Positions 1 through 10,185 are shown, counted from the first letter of the stretch. The stretch: 26,283 bases of DNA from an uncultured Desulfurellaceae bacterium (GCA_913056505.1 CAJXLZ010000001.1:1-26283), one strand, 5' to 3'. The notes: generated from the letters alone by a model not told the origin. A program made the numbers and translations.

Positions 1-118
1 ACAAATGAAGAATTAATTGTTACCCCTATTCCTATAATTTTAACAAATAGCAAAGGATAAACTATCAGCTTGCAGTTTGTGCAAAATAATATGGAAAAAC
101 ACCAGATATTTGCTTATA

Positions 119-1963
119 ATGTCTGTTATGTTTCGGATAATAAGATTACTTTTCGTGCTGTTTTTTATACCGCTTTCACTGTTTGCCGCAGATTTAAATA
201 GTGCGCTTTATGAAAACAAAGACTCGGTGAAGCTGTATGAACAGTTGCTTTCAAAAATAGACAGACAAAATAACAGCCCCAATGTTCAATTGGAAAAAAC
301 CCTTCTTTATAAATTGATCAACTTAACAAAATATCCTCCGAAGCCTGCATTTTCTGATTTAAGCAACAGAACAGTTGCTACGCAAAAGGAATATATGTCT
401 CTCTTCAAACAGCTTGTTAACTATTCAATTAAAAGCGTAACTATTCAAAATGAGATCAAGGACAAAAACGATAAACTGGATTTTCTAAAAAATACAGTAG
501 AGCAAAGTTCAGAAAACAACCCTGAGCTTTTATTGTATCAGTTGCAATATGCGTTTTATTATAAAACTCTTAAGAATTTGCAGGCGGAACTTGAATATTT
601 TAATACGAATTTTGAAAAATGGGAAAAATATCTCGCTCTCCAATTGAGCAGGGTTAAATTCAACACGACTGAAGCAAACAGTAAAATAAAAGACCTTAAA
701 TCAAGATATGAAAGTATAAAGCTTGATATAGAAAAACAAAAAATTGAGAAAGAGAGGTTGTTGCTTGTATCCTCCAAACAGGATAATCTAAACAGGGCGT
801 CACGCAACATACAAATATACGAAAGACAAAAAGATGAAATTATAGGTAATATTATAGACAACTACCTTATCCTATTTTTCAGTGCTCTAAAGCATAAGGA
901 TAAAAAGGCTTTTGAATATAAAAAAATGGTTAACAGATGGGAGCAGAATTTTTCAAGTGATAAAAAGATCGAATCGAGTAGTTTGGAAAATATTATGCAG
1001 TATATACTTCAAAATAGATTTGGTAGAGCAAAGGTATTTTTTAATGATACCAGGCATCATTTTATATATATTATGAATTACGCATGGAGTGTTCTTCATA
1101 AGCCCCTTTTTTCAATTAGCGGCAAGCCTGTAGATATTATTTCGTTGTTTATGGCCCTGTTGATATTTATTTTAGGGTTCTACATAGGCAAGCTTTACAA
1201 GAGATATATCGCAAAACTTAGCTATTATGTAAGCAATATTACACCGTCTTCACAAACCATCTTAAGCAATATGGGTTATTATGTCATTCTTCTGATAGGA
1301 TTTTTTACAGCTTTAAGGACAGTAGGCATCAACCTATCCTCTCTAACTATAATTGCGGGCGCACTGTCTGTAGGCATTGGTTTCGGGCTTCAAAATCTTG
1401 TTTCCAACTTTGTATCAGGGTTCATCATGATGTTCGAAAAGAGCATAAAAATAGGTGATTATATAGAGATTTCTGAAAATTTAAGAGGTAGGGTGAGCGA
1501 TATGCGCTTGCGTTCAACAACGATTACGACAAATGACAATATTGATATTATTGTGCCCAATCAGACATTCATACAGAATAATGTTATAAATTGGACACTT
1601 GCCGATAATATTCGAAGAATGCGTATACCATTTGGTGTGGCTTATGGAAGCAGCGTAGATAAGGTAAAACAGGCGGTGTTACAAGCATTAGAAAAATCTT
1701 CTATTCATTATGTTAGAAACCGCAAGGTTATGGAACCGCAAGTTGTTATGACAAATATGAATAGTAGCAGCGTTGATTTTGAGCTATATGTATGGGTAGA
1801 GGGAGAAAAAACATTAAAACCGAGAAGAACTACATCTGAATTTTTGATTCTTATCTATAACGCACTATATGAGAATAATATAGAAATACCATTTCCTCAA
1901 ATGGATCTACATATTAAGGACATAAAAGACACATTAAAAGTGACAGAGAAAAAAAATTTATAA
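119..1963 (+). CDS. Large MscS-family mechanosensitive channel with long N-terminal periplasmic helical region
   Basis: C-terminal MscS signatures GALSVGIGFGLQNLVSNFVSG, IGDYIE, LRSTTITT, IIVPN, FGVAYGS and IEIPFPQ follow three hydrophobic segments. The N-terminus looks like a signal peptide (FRIIRLLFVLFFIPLSLFA|AD). The track starts at TTG 77; ATG 119 or 128 is more likely. Confidence 0.85.
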   Translation: MSVMFRIIRLLFVLFFIPLSLFAADLNSALYENKDSVKLYEQLLSKIDRQNNSPNVQLEKTLLYKLINLTKYPPKPAFSDLSNRTVATQKEYMSLFKQLVNYSIKSVTIQNEIKDKNDKLDFLKNTVEQSSENNPELLLYQLQYAFYYKTLKNLQAELEYFNTNFEKWEKYLALQLSRVKFNTTEANSKIKDLKSRYESIKLDIEKQKIEKERLLLVSSKQDNLNRASRNIQIYERQKDEIIGNIIDNYLILFFSALKHKDKKAFEYKKMVNRWEQNFSSDKKIESSSLENIMQYILQNRFGRAKVFFNDTRHHFIYIMNYAWSVLHKPLFSISGKPVDIISLFMALLIFILGFYIGKLYKRYIAKLSYYVSNITPSSQTILSNMGYYVILLIGFFTALRTVGINLSSLTIIAGALSVGIGFGLQNLVSNFVSGFIMMFEKSIKIGDYIEISENLRGRVSDMRLRSTTITTNDNIDIIVPNQTFIQNNVINWTLADNIRRMRIPFGVAYGSSVDKVKQAVLQALEKSSIHYVRNRKVMEPQVVMTNMNSSSVDFELYVWVEGEKTLKPRRTTSEFLILIYNALYENNIEIPFPQMDLHIKDIKDTLKVTEKKNL

Positions 1964-2031
1964 TATTCGTTGTTGAGCCGAAATAGAAAAACCGGTGTGA
2001 CGAGTTTCTTTAAAAGTAGAGAGGTATTTTT

Positions 2032-3375
2032 ATGAGAGTCGCCATTGTAGGTGCCGGCAGTGCCGGTATGTTTGCTGCTTATAAACTGATAGATGCTGAC
2101 AATATAACGGTAGATATTTTTGAAATGGGCAAAGATATTGATCATAGAGACAGGAAACACATAATGAGCGGATTCGGCGGTGCGGGTGCTTATTCGGATG
2201 GGAAATTGGCGCTCACTACGAGTTTTGGCGGATGGCTAACGGACTTTGTATCGGAAGATAGACTTAAGGTGTTAATAGACGAAGCAGATACAATATGGAA
2301 AAATTTAAGCGGCGTAACCTCAATAGAGACAAAGAATGATTATGAAAGGATAAAAGAGTTAGAATACAGGTGCAGTATGCATAGATTGAGGCTCTTTGCT
2401 GCAAAGTTCAGGCATTTGGGTACGGATAATGCTTTTTCAGCAATAAAAAATATGTACGATAAACTTATGCAGTCAAGCAATATCAATATATTCTGCGAAA
2501 AATACATTGAAGATTTAATTGTAGAAAACGGAAATCTTTTGGGGATTGTTACAGGGGATAAGGAAAAGCTATATTATGACAAAGTTATTTTGGCAGTAGG
2601 TAGAATAGGCAATGACTGGATGCAGAATATAGCTGCAAAATATGACATAGAGTTCGATATCAACCCTGTTGATATAGGCGTGAGGGTTGAAACGAACAGA
2701 GCCATAACCGATTATTTTACAAACTATCTATATGAATTTAAGATTTTGTATCTGACATCGGAATTTGAAGATAAAGTTAGAACATTTTGTGTAAACCCCG
2801 GTGGATTTGTTGCAATGGAAGAGAATGAAAATAATCTTTTTACCGTTAACGGGCACAGCTTTAGAAATAAAAAAAGTGAAAATACAAATTTTGCCCTGCT
2901 TGTATCGACTAAATTCACAGAGCCGTTTAAAGAACCTGTGCACTACGGCCAATATATAGCACATCTTGCAAATATGCTGAGTGGTGGATCTGTTATGGTG
3001 CAGAGGTTTGGCGATTTTACCAGAGGGAGAAGGTCAACGTTTAAGAGAATAGAAAAAAATTTTGTCCGCCCGACTTTAAAATCTGCAATGCCAGGAGATC
3101 TTTCTTTTGTTCTACCATACAGATATTTGGTAGATATTAAAGATACTATTTATCAATTAGACAAGGTTATGCCGGGTATTGCAAATCCGGATACACTTAT
3201 TTACGGTGTAGAGGTAAAATTTTACTCACTGAGAATTAAGGTAGATAATAAAATGAGATCTATCAGTCTGAATAACTTGTACTGCATAGGAGACGGAGCA
3301 GGTATAACAAGAAGCATTATTCAGGCGTCAGTATCCGGAATCATAGCGGCGGAGGACATTCGTATTTCCGCTTGA
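2032..3375 (+). CDS. NAD(P)/FAD-dependent oxidoreductase, uncharacterised COG2509-like family
   Basis: Rossmann motif VAIVGAGSAG; family motifs GFGGAGAYSDGK, VDIGVRVE, RTFCVNPGGFV, VNGHS, YGVEVKFYS and IGDGAGITR; GAGG RBS upstream. Confidence 0.8.
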   Translation: MRVAIVGAGSAGMFAAYKLIDADNITVDIFEMGKDIDHRDRKHIMSGFGGAGAYSDGKLALTTSFGGWLTDFVSEDRLKVLIDEADTIWKNLSGVTSIETKNDYERIKELEYRCSMHRLRLFAAKFRHLGTDNAFSAIKNMYDKLMQSSNINIFCEKYIEDLIVENGNLLGIVTGDKEKLYYDKVILAVGRIGNDWMQNIAAKYDIEFDINPVDIGVRVETNRAITDYFTNYLYEFKILYLTSEFEDKVRTFCVNPGGFVAMEENENNLFTVNGHSFRNKKSENTNFALLVSTKFTEPFKEPVHYGQYIAHLANMLSGGSVMVQRFGDFTRGRRSTFKRIEKNFVRPTLKSAMPGDLSFVLPYRYLVDIKDTIYQLDKVMPGIANPDTLIYGVEVKFYSLRIKVDNKMRSISLNNLYCIGDGAGITRSIIQASVSGIIAAEDIRISA

Positions 3376-3400
3376 CAAAATATGATTAAACAGTTAGCTT
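3372..3400 (+). promoter_or_regulatory. Putative sigma70 promoter for the nitroreductase gene
   Basis: TTGACA (3372-3377, overlapping the upstream TGA stop), 17-nt spacer, TAGCTT (3395-3400); GGAGG RBS at 3423-3427. Confidence 0.55.
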
Positions 3401-3433
3401 AATTGGTACCCTATTAAAAATTGGAGGAAAAGT

Positions 3434-4102
3434 ATGGATGTGAAAGATGCTATCAAAAGCAGATTTTCTGTGAGAAAATATTTGAATAAACCTGTAGAAA
3501 AAAAGTTAATCTATAAAATATTGGATATTGCCCGTTTTTCACCTTCCGGGCACAATATGCAGCCTTGGGAAGTAGCTATCGTAACAGGTAAAACAAAAGA
3601 CGAACTCTCTAAGAGGCTAATGGATGACTTTAACAGCAGAAAGGCGCGAAACTATGATTATAACTATGCCATCAGAAATATTCCTGCTTTTATTAATGAC
3701 CGCAGGAAGGCTTGCAACGCGAAAATATTTAAGCATAAGCATATAGATCCTATAGCCGACAAAGAGGCTTTGCATGAACACATAATGGAAAACTTCAAAT
3801 TTTTTGGCGCTCCTGTAGAACTATTTTTTTTAAGGGAAAAACATTTAGGTGAGGGCACATTAATTGATATAGGCATATTTGCGCAAAGTGTTATGCTGGC
3901 GGCATGGGAATTAGGCCTTGGAAGCTGCCCCCAAGCTTCTATTGCAGCATATCCTGATACCATCAGGAATACACTTAAGCTGCCGGATAATAAGATTGTG
4001 CTTTTTGGCATTGCTTTGGGCTATCCTGATTTAGAAAATTATATCAATAAACTAAGGATGGATAGAGATGCCGTAGATGCCTTTAGCACATTTTACGATT
4101 AG
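3434..4102 (+). CDS. Nitroreductase family flavoprotein
   Basis: Motifs IKSRFSVRKY, ARFSPSGHNMQPW, DIGIFAQSVMLAAWELGLGSCPQ and GIALGYPD. Confidence 0.9.
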   Translation: MDVKDAIKSRFSVRKYLNKPVEKKLIYKILDIARFSPSGHNMQPWEVAIVTGKTKDELSKRLMDDFNSRKARNYDYNYAIRNIPAFINDRRKACNAKIFKHKHIDPIADKEALHEHIMENFKFFGAPVELFFLREKHLGEGTLIDIGIFAQSVMLAAWELGLGSCPQASIAAYPDTIRNTLKLPDNKIVLFGIALGYPDLENYINKLRMDRDAVDAFSTFYD

Positions 4103-4293
4103 ACTACTCACCTTATATTCTCTGTGGCTTTAATTGCATATTAATGATAACGGTTAATAAACTAAGATAAATCCGTTCTCAGCACTTTTATCGATGCGTA
4201 AGAATAGATGGATTATTTGAATTAAGCTTTTACGAAATGGTGCTTTATATATAGCAAAACAGATGTGAAACTTGTATGTTTTGTATAAAAATG

Positions 4294-4322
4294 TTGACGT
4301 ATAATATAAGTTATGCTAATTT
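4294..4322 (+). promoter_or_regulatory. Putative sigma70 promoter with extended -10 for the DUF167-ndk-rpmF-fab run
   Basis: TTGACG (4294-4299), 17-nt spacer, TG-C-TAATTT (TG 4314-4315, -10 at 4317-4322); AAGGAG RBS at 4336-4341. Confidence 0.5.
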
Positions 4323-4348
4323 CTTTTGTCTTTTTAAGGAGTGCGTTT

Positions 4349-4609
4349 TTGATTATTGAGGTTAAATTAAAGCCTAATGCAAAGAACAATGAAATCTTAG
4401 GTTTTAAAGATGGTATTTTGCAAGTCAGGGTTAAAGATGCTCCTATTGAAGGCAGAGCGAATAAAGCATTAGTGCAACTACTTGCAAAAAGGCTTAAAAT
4501 TGCTAAAAGTTGCATAAAAATTAAGAGCGGAGAAACATCTAAGATAAAAAGATTGATTGTTGAATGCATCGAAGAGAATAAAGTTTTTAAGCAATTGAAT
4601 GGGGGTTAA
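4349..4609 (+). CDS. DUF167 / YggU family protein
   Basis: Motifs VKLKPNAK, LQVRVKDAPIEGRANKALVQLLAK and IKSGETSKIK. TTG 4349, 7 nt after AAGGAG, is preferred over the track start at 4313. Confidence 0.85.
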   Translation: MIIEVKLKPNAKNNEILGFKDGILQVRVKDAPIEGRANKALVQLLAKRLKIAKSCIKIKSGETSKIKRLIVECIEENKVFKQLNGG

Positions 4610-4613
4610 CTGA

Positions 4614-4901
4614 ATGCCTATATACGAGTATGAATGTTCATACTGTTCTCACAAATTCCAACAGTTGCAGCGTGTTGGTGATAAAACGCCTGAGGTATGT
4701 CCTAATTGCGGAAAGAAGGGCGGCGTGCACAAGCTTATATCTCATACTTCGTTTGTTTTGAAGGGCTCGGGGTGGTATGTTACAGATTATAAAAACAGCA
4801 AGAACAGCGCATCAAGCAGTGAGAAAAATAAAACGAATACGGCATCTAAAAAGAACAACAGTATTCAAACTAAATCAAAGGCAGCGGGAGGCAGTAAATG
4901 A
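4614..4901 (+). CDS. FmdB-family zinc-ribbon protein
   Basis: [11 protein letters not shown]...CPNCG plus [13 protein letters not shown], followed by a low-complexity K/S/N-rich tail. Confidence 0.9.
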   Translation: MPIYEYECSYCSHKFQQLQRVGDKTPEVCPNCGKKGGVHKLISHTSFVLKGSGWYVTDYKNSKNSASSSEKNKTNTASKKNNSIQTKSKAAGGSK

Positions 4902-5314
4902 TTGAAAGAACACTATCTTTAATAAAGCCAGATTGCGTTAGTGCAAAAAATGCAGGAAAGGTTATAGACATACTTGAGAAGAATGGCTTTTTAATAGTAG
5001 GTATGAAGAAAATAAAACTGAGTAAAGAGGCAGCAGAAGGATTTTATGCCGTGCATAAGGACAGACCATTTTTTAAATCATTGACAGATTTTATGTCAGA
5101 AGGTCCTATTGTAGCGATGGTTCTTGAGAAGGAAAACGCCATAACGGATTACAGAGCATTAATGGGTGAAACAGATTCAACAAAAGCAAAGGAAGGAACC
5201 TTGCGTGCGCAATTTGGCACAGACATTGAGCGTAACGCTGTGCATGGTTCAGATAGTCCTGATACGGCAAAGTTTGAGATAGGTTATTTTTTTAGTGAAT
5301 TGGAATTAGTTTAA
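4898..5314 (+). CDS. ndk: Nucleoside diphosphate kinase
   Basis: [29 protein letters not shown] and catalytic NAVHGSDS; ATGA overlap with the upstream gene. Confidence 0.97.
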   Translation: MIERTLSLIKPDCVSAKNAGKVIDILEKNGFLIVGMKKIKLSKEAAEGFYAVHKDRPFFKSLTDFMSEGPIVAMVLEKENAITDYRALMGETDSTKAKEGTLRAQFGTDIERNAVHGSDSPDTAKFEIGYFFSELELV

Positions 5315-5339
5315 ATATAAATATTAAAAGGAGTTTAAG

Positions 5340-5519
5340 ATGGCATTACCTAAAAGAAAATCTTCACATTCAAGGGCAGCAAAAAGGGCTACTCACAAAA
5401 AGGCAAGTGGATTCGGTTTATCTAAGTGCCCCAATTGCGGTGAGCCTAAACTGCCACATAGAATTTGTCCAACATGTGGATACTATAAAGATAGAGAGGT
5501 TATTAAGATAGAGGAATAA
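5340..5519 (+). CDS. rpmF: 50S ribosomal protein L32, Zn-binding 4-Cys form; not in the ORF track
   Basis: Manual translation gives MALPKRKSSHSRAAKRATHKKASGFGLSKCPNCGEPKLPHRICPTCGYYKDREVIKIEE* (59 aa). AAGGAG at 5328-5333; canonical position before plsX. Confidence 0.97.
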   Translation: MALPKRKSSHSRAAKRATHKKASGFGLSKCPNCGEPKLPHRICPTCGYYKDREVIKIEE

Positions 5520-5525
5520 GATAAT

Positions 5526-6560
5526 ATGAGCAGCAGCCGTGTGGCAGTCGATGTATATGGGGGCGATTATGCGCCTACAGAAATAATTAAAGGTGCTATG
5601 AGTGCTGTATCATCAAATGACAAACTTAATATTGTGCTTATTGGGAATGAGTACAAAATATTAAAGGAGCTGTCTAAATTTGATTATGATGCAAGCAGAG
5701 TAAGCATAATAAATGCTACAGAAGCTGTGGGTATGTCCGATAAGCCTACAATTGCCCTGAGAAAAAAGAATTCTTCTATGATGGTAGGTGCTAAATTGGT
5801 AAAAAACAGTGAAGCGGATGCCTTTATTACCGCCGGTAACTCAGGGGCTGCGATGGTAATATCTATGTTTATATTGGGCAAAATCAAAGGCATAGGCAGA
5901 CCTGCTATTGCAACCATTCTGCCAACATTAAAGGGATATGTATTGCTAATAGATGCCGGTGCAAATGTTGACTGCAAGGTTGTAAATTTGGTGGAATTTG
6001 CGCTTATGGGCAGTGTTTATGCCAAATATATAATGAACATAGATAAACCAAAGGTGGGTTTGTTAAGCAATGGTGAAGAGCCTGGCAAGGGCAATCATCT
6101 CACTTTAAAAACATATGATGTTTTATCATTAAGCAAATTAAATTTTATAGGAAATATTGAGGGTAACAGTATATATAAAGGCAAAGCGGATGTTGTCATT
6201 TGTGATGGTTTTGTAGGTAACATTGTGTTGAAAACAAGTGAATCCATACCAGGCATAATAAGTGAATTTTTAAAAATTGAAATTAAAAAAAGCATTTGGT
6301 ATAAGATAGGCTTTTTGCTTGCTAAGCCTGCATTTAGATTATTAAAGAGAAAAATAGATTATGCTGAAATCGGCGGAGCACCGCTTTTGGGTATAAATGG
6401 CGCTTGCATAATAAGCCACGGTAGAAGCAAGGCAAAGGCTATTAAGAATGCAATTTTAAAAGCGTCTAAATTTTCGGAACTAAAAATTAATGATAAAATA
6501 CAATTGGCTGTTGAGCATTGCAGAGTGCTTGCAAATTTAAGAAAGGTGGAGAATGTATGA
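5526..6560 (+). CDS. plsX: Phosphate acyltransferase PlsX
   Basis: VAVDVYGGDYAP, AGNSGA, RPAIA, LIDAGANVD, LLSNGEEPGKG, FIGNIEG, DGFVGNIVLK, GGAPLLG and SHGRS. Confidence 0.96.
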   Translation: MSSSRVAVDVYGGDYAPTEIIKGAMSAVSSNDKLNIVLIGNEYKILKELSKFDYDASRVSIINATEAVGMSDKPTIALRKKNSSMMVGAKLVKNSEADAFITAGNSGAAMVISMFILGKIKGIGRPAIATILPTLKGYVLLIDAGANVDCKVVNLVEFALMGSVYAKYIMNIDKPKVGLLSNGEEPGKGNHLTLKTYDVLSLSKLNFIGNIEGNSIYKGKADVVICDGFVGNIVLKTSESIPGIISEFLKIEIKKSIWYKIGFLLAKPAFRLLKRKIDYAEIGGAPLLGINGACIISHGRSKAKAIKNAILKASKFSELKINDKIQLAVEHCRVLANLRKVENV

Positions 6561-7534
6561 ATGCTAAGATAATATCTACGGGTTCTTACCTACCGGAAAA
6601 GATTTTAACCAATAGTGATCTGGAAAAGATGGTAGATACTAATAACGAATGGATAGTGCAGAGAACAGGTATAAAGGTCAGGCATATTGCCGATGGCGAA
6701 TCTACATCTGATTTAGCTTATAAAGCGGCGTTGGATGCAATAAATAAAATACATTTGGATCCTCTTGACATTGATTTAATAATATTAGCAACAGTCACAC
6801 CGGATATGCCTCTGCCCGCAACAGCACTTTTTGTTCAGGAAAAATTAGGCGCGAAAAATGCTTTTTGTTTTGATATTAATGCTGCCTGCAGTGGGTTTAT
6901 GTATAGTTTGAGCATCGCTAATGCATACATAAAATCCGGTACGGTGAAAAAGGCTTTGATTATAGGCGCAGAAGAATTAAGCAAAATTACCGATTGGACG
7001 GACAGGTCTACATGTGTTATATTTGGAGACGGCGCTGCATGCGTTGTTTTAGAGGCGACGGATGATGAAAACAGGGGCATATTGGATATAAGGCTTAAAT
7101 CCGATGGAGCATATACAAACTTAATGAGAGTTCCTGCCCCGGGCTCTATTAAACAATGTTCCGAAGAGGTTATAAAAAACCGCGAAATATATATAAAAAT
7201 GCTGGGTAATGAAACATTTAAAATGTCTGTGAGACATATAGCAAGTATAAGTGAAGAATCCTTAGAGAGTGTAGGTTTAAATTTTAGTGATGTTGACTGT
7301 ATGGTTTGTCATCAAGCTAATAAGAGGATCATAGATGCGGTTGTCAGGAGAATTAAGATTCCTGCAGAAAACGCTGTTATTACCGTAGATCGCCATGGCA
7401 ATACGGCTGCGGCATCGATTCCGCTTGCTTTGGATTGGGCTAATAAAAATGGAAAAATTAAAGAAGATGATATATTATTGCTAAACAGTTTTGGTGCCAG
7501 TTTAACCTGGGCCGCTAGCGTTATTAGATGGTAG
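6557..7534 (+). CDS. fabH: 3-oxoacyl-ACP synthase III
   Basis: Cys-His-Asn triad (AACSGF, CHQANKR, HGNTAAAS), DWTDRSTCVIFGDGA and FGASLTW. Start is ATG 6557 (GGAG RBS, ATGA overlap with plsX), not 6518. Confidence 0.96.
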   Translation: MNAKIISTGSYLPEKILTNSDLEKMVDTNNEWIVQRTGIKVRHIADGESTSDLAYKAALDAINKIHLDPLDIDLIILATVTPDMPLPATALFVQEKLGAKNAFCFDINAACSGFMYSLSIANAYIKSGTVKKALIIGAEELSKITDWTDRSTCVIFGDGAACVVLEATDDENRGILDIRLKSDGAYTNLMRVPAPGSIKQCSEEVIKNREIYIKMLGNETFKMSVRHIASISEESLESVGLNFSDVDCMVCHQANKRIIDAVVRRIKIPAENAVITVDRHGNTAAASIPLALDWANKNGKIKEDDILLLNSFGASLTWAASVIRW

Positions 7535-7542
7535 GAGAAGTT

Positions 7543-8496
7543 ATGCTGAAAACGAAGATTTGTGATCTGCTGAATATAAAATATCCCATAATTCAAGGTG
7601 GTATGGCGTGGGTGGCAGATGCCCAGCTTGCATCCAGTGTATCCGAAGCGGGTGCTTTGGGTATTATAGCTGCGGGTAACGCACCTGCAGAAGTTGTAGA
7701 GAACGAGATTCTAAAGGCAAAAAGTATGACCGACAAACCGTTCGGCGTAAATGTAATGCTTTTGTCCCCTTTTGTGGATAAAGTGGTTGATGTTGTAGTA
7801 AAACATAAGATACCTGTCATCACGACAGGGGCCGGAAATCCCGGCAAATATATGGATAAATTCAAATCTGTAGATGCAAAAGTGATACCTGTCGTACCGT
7901 CTGTTGCACTGGCAAAACGTATGGAACATATTGGAGCAGATGTTGTTATTGCAGAGGGTATGGAATCTGGCGGACATGTAGGTGAGTTAACAACCATGTC
8001 TATGGTACCACAGATTGTTGATGCTGTTACGATTCCAGTGGTTGCAGCTGGCGGTATTGCAGATGGAAGGGGATTTGTGGCTGCTTTAAGTTTGGGCGCA
8101 CAGGGCGTTCAGATGGGCACACGTTTTGTGGCTTCAACAGAGTGTACCGCCGCAGAGATTTATAAAGAATATATTAAAAGAGCAAAAGATAGAGACACAA
8201 TTGTGACAGGTAGAACCACGGGGCATCCCGTAAGAGTCTTAAAGAATAAGTTCACAAGAGAATTGATTAAAATGGAAGAGATGGGTGCTACAAAAGAAGA
8301 GATTGAAAAATTTGGAGAAGGTAGACTAAGACTTGCGGTTAAAGAGGGCGATATGCTTATGGGCAGTGTAATGGCAGGTCAAATTGCAGGATTAATACAT
8401 GATATAAAACCTGTTAAAGATATAATGTCGGATATAATGAATGAAGCAGAGAGTACTTTGAGAAATATGTGTATGCAGATAGGTGAGTTTAAGTGA
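7543..8496 (+). CDS. fabK: FMN-dependent enoyl-ACP reductase FabK
   Basis: PIIQGGMAWV, PFGVNVM, TTGAGNP, GMESGGHVG, GVQMGTRF and MAGQIAGL; located inside the fab cluster. Probable start ATG 7543 after AGGAG (7533-7537). Confidence 0.88.
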   Translation: MLKTKICDLLNIKYPIIQGGMAWVADAQLASSVSEAGALGIIAAGNAPAEVVENEILKAKSMTDKPFGVNVMLLSPFVDKVVDVVVKHKIPVITTGAGNPGKYMDKFKSVDAKVIPVVPSVALAKRMEHIGADVVIAEGMESGGHVGELTTMSMVPQIVDAVTIPVVAAGGIADGRGFVAALSLGAQGVQMGTRFVASTECTAAEIYKEYIKRAKDRDTIVTGRTTGHPVRVLKNKFTRELIKMEEMGATKEEIEKFGEGRLRLAVKEGDMLMGSVMAGQIAGLIHDIKPVKDIMSDIMNEAESTLRNMCMQIGEFK

Positions 8497-9425
8497 GGTT
8501 TTTAGTTTTTACAGGGCAGGGTTCACAATGGGTCGGTATGTGCAAAGACCTATATGATAAATTTAAGGTTGTGCGCGAGGTTATACATAGAGCTAATGAT
8601 GCGTTGGATTTTAGTTTGAGTAAATTGATGTTTGATGGACCTGAGAATGAACTGATCTTAACGCAAAATGCACAGCCTGCAATATTGACATGCAGTATAG
8701 CTATACATGAACTTATTAAATCCGAAAATGGTTTTGATTTTGATATATGTGCAGGGCATTCGCTTGGTGAATATTCTGCACTTGTAGCAGCCGGAGCTCT
8801 CGATTTGGAAGATGCGGTTTATGCGGTTCATAAAAGAGGTATGTTTATGCAAGAAGCCGTGGCGAAGGGCGTTGGTGCTATGGCGGCTGTAATCACGGAT
8901 AACCATGCTAAAATAAAACAACTCTGTAGACAAGTTTCACAGGATAAGGATGCTTACTGCGATGTTGCAAATTACAATGCAAAAAGACAGATTATTATAT
9001 CCGGCTATAAAAAAGGTGTCGATAAAATGATTGAGATTGCAAAAAAGGAAAAGATAGGTAAAATTATACCGCTGAACGTCAGTGCACCTTTCCATTGTGA
9101 TCTAATGAAGCCGGTTCAGGAAAAAATGTCTAAGGTATTAGATAAAATAGCCTTTAAAAATCCAAATAAGCCCGTTATAGAGAATGTTTATTCGGATGTT
9201 ATTAAAGATAAATCTAAGATTAAGGATTATTTAATAGATCAAATTGTATATCCTGTGAATTGGCTCGGCAACATAAATAAAGCAATTGCAATGGGTGCGG
9301 ATGAGTTTATTGAGATGGGACCCAAAAATGTGCTTACGGCAATGTTGAAGAGGGAGTATAGAAAAGCGGATGTTAAGGCTATTGTTGATTTAAAAAGCTA
9401 TAATAGATACAGGGGAAGTTTATGA
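8493..9425 (+). CDS. fabD: Malonyl-CoA:ACP transacylase
   Basis: GQGSQ, TQNAQPAI, catalytic GHSLGEYSA, GAMAAV, ANYN and VSAPFHC; GTG start overlaps the fabK stop. Confidence 0.96.
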   Translation: MRFLVFTGQGSQWVGMCKDLYDKFKVVREVIHRANDALDFSLSKLMFDGPENELILTQNAQPAILTCSIAIHELIKSENGFDFDICAGHSLGEYSALVAAGALDLEDAVYAVHKRGMFMQEAVAKGVGAMAAVITDNHAKIKQLCRQVSQDKDAYCDVANYNAKRQIIISGYKKGVDKMIEIAKKEKIGKIIPLNVSAPFHCDLMKPVQEKMSKVLDKIAFKNPNKPVIENVYSDVIKDKSKIKDYLIDQIVYPVNWLGNINKAIAMGADEFIEMGPKNVLTAMLKREYRKADVKAIVDLKSYNRYRGSL

Positions 9426-10165
9426 GTTTTTCCGGTAGTGTTGCCGTTGTAACAGGTGGATCAAAAGGTATTGGCGCATCGATTGCCAAAAGTTTGGCAA
9501 AGAGGGGGCTAAAGGTGGTAATTAACTATTCATCAAGTGAGGATGATGCCTTTGCTCTTTCTGAAAATATTAAAAAAGATGGCGGATCGTGCGATATATT
9601 ACGGTTTAATGTAGCTGATTTTGAAGAATCTGGATCTGCTTTTAATGAAATAATTGGCAAATATAAGAGAATTGATTACCTTGTTAATAATGCCGGGATA
9701 ACAGCGGATAATTTGATGCTAAGAATGAAAGAAGACGAGTTCGATAGGGTAATTGCTGTAAACTTAAAGGGCGTTTTCAACTGCACAAAGCATGTTATCA
9801 AGCCTATGATAAAAAATAGATTCGGATCTATTGTAAATATATCAAGCGTAATAGGATTAATGGGCAATGCAGGGCAAGCGAACTACGCTGCCTCAAAAGC
9901 CGGTGTTATAGGACTTACTAAATCCTTGGCAAAAGAGCTCGGTTCCCGTAATATCCGTATAAATGCTATTGCTCCAGGGTTTATAGAGACGAGTATGACA
10001 AGAAAATTGAACATCTTACAAAGAAAGGTATTGATTGATTCTATAGCCTTAAAGAGATTGGGTAAACCAGAAGATGTTGCCAATCTTGCAGTCTTTCTTT
10101 TAAGCGACGAAGCGGGCTATATTACAGGTGAGACCATCAATATAAGTGGCGGATTATATATATAA
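9422..10165 (+). CDS. fabG: 3-oxoacyl-ACP reductase
   Basis: [30 protein letters not shown] and NAIAPGFI; between fabD and acpP. Confidence 0.96.
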   Translation: MSFSGSVAVVTGGSKGIGASIAKSLAKRGLKVVINYSSSEDDAFALSENIKKDGGSCDILRFNVADFEESGSAFNEIIGKYKRIDYLVNNAGITADNLMLRMKEDEFDRVIAVNLKGVFNCTKHVIKPMIKNRFGSIVNISSVIGLMGNAGQANYAASKAGVIGLTKSLAKELGSRNIRINAIAPGFIETSMTRKLNILQRKVLIDSIALKRLGKPEDVANLAVFLLSDEAGYITGETINISGGLYI

Positions 10166-10185
10166 ATAAAAAGGGGGTTTTTATT

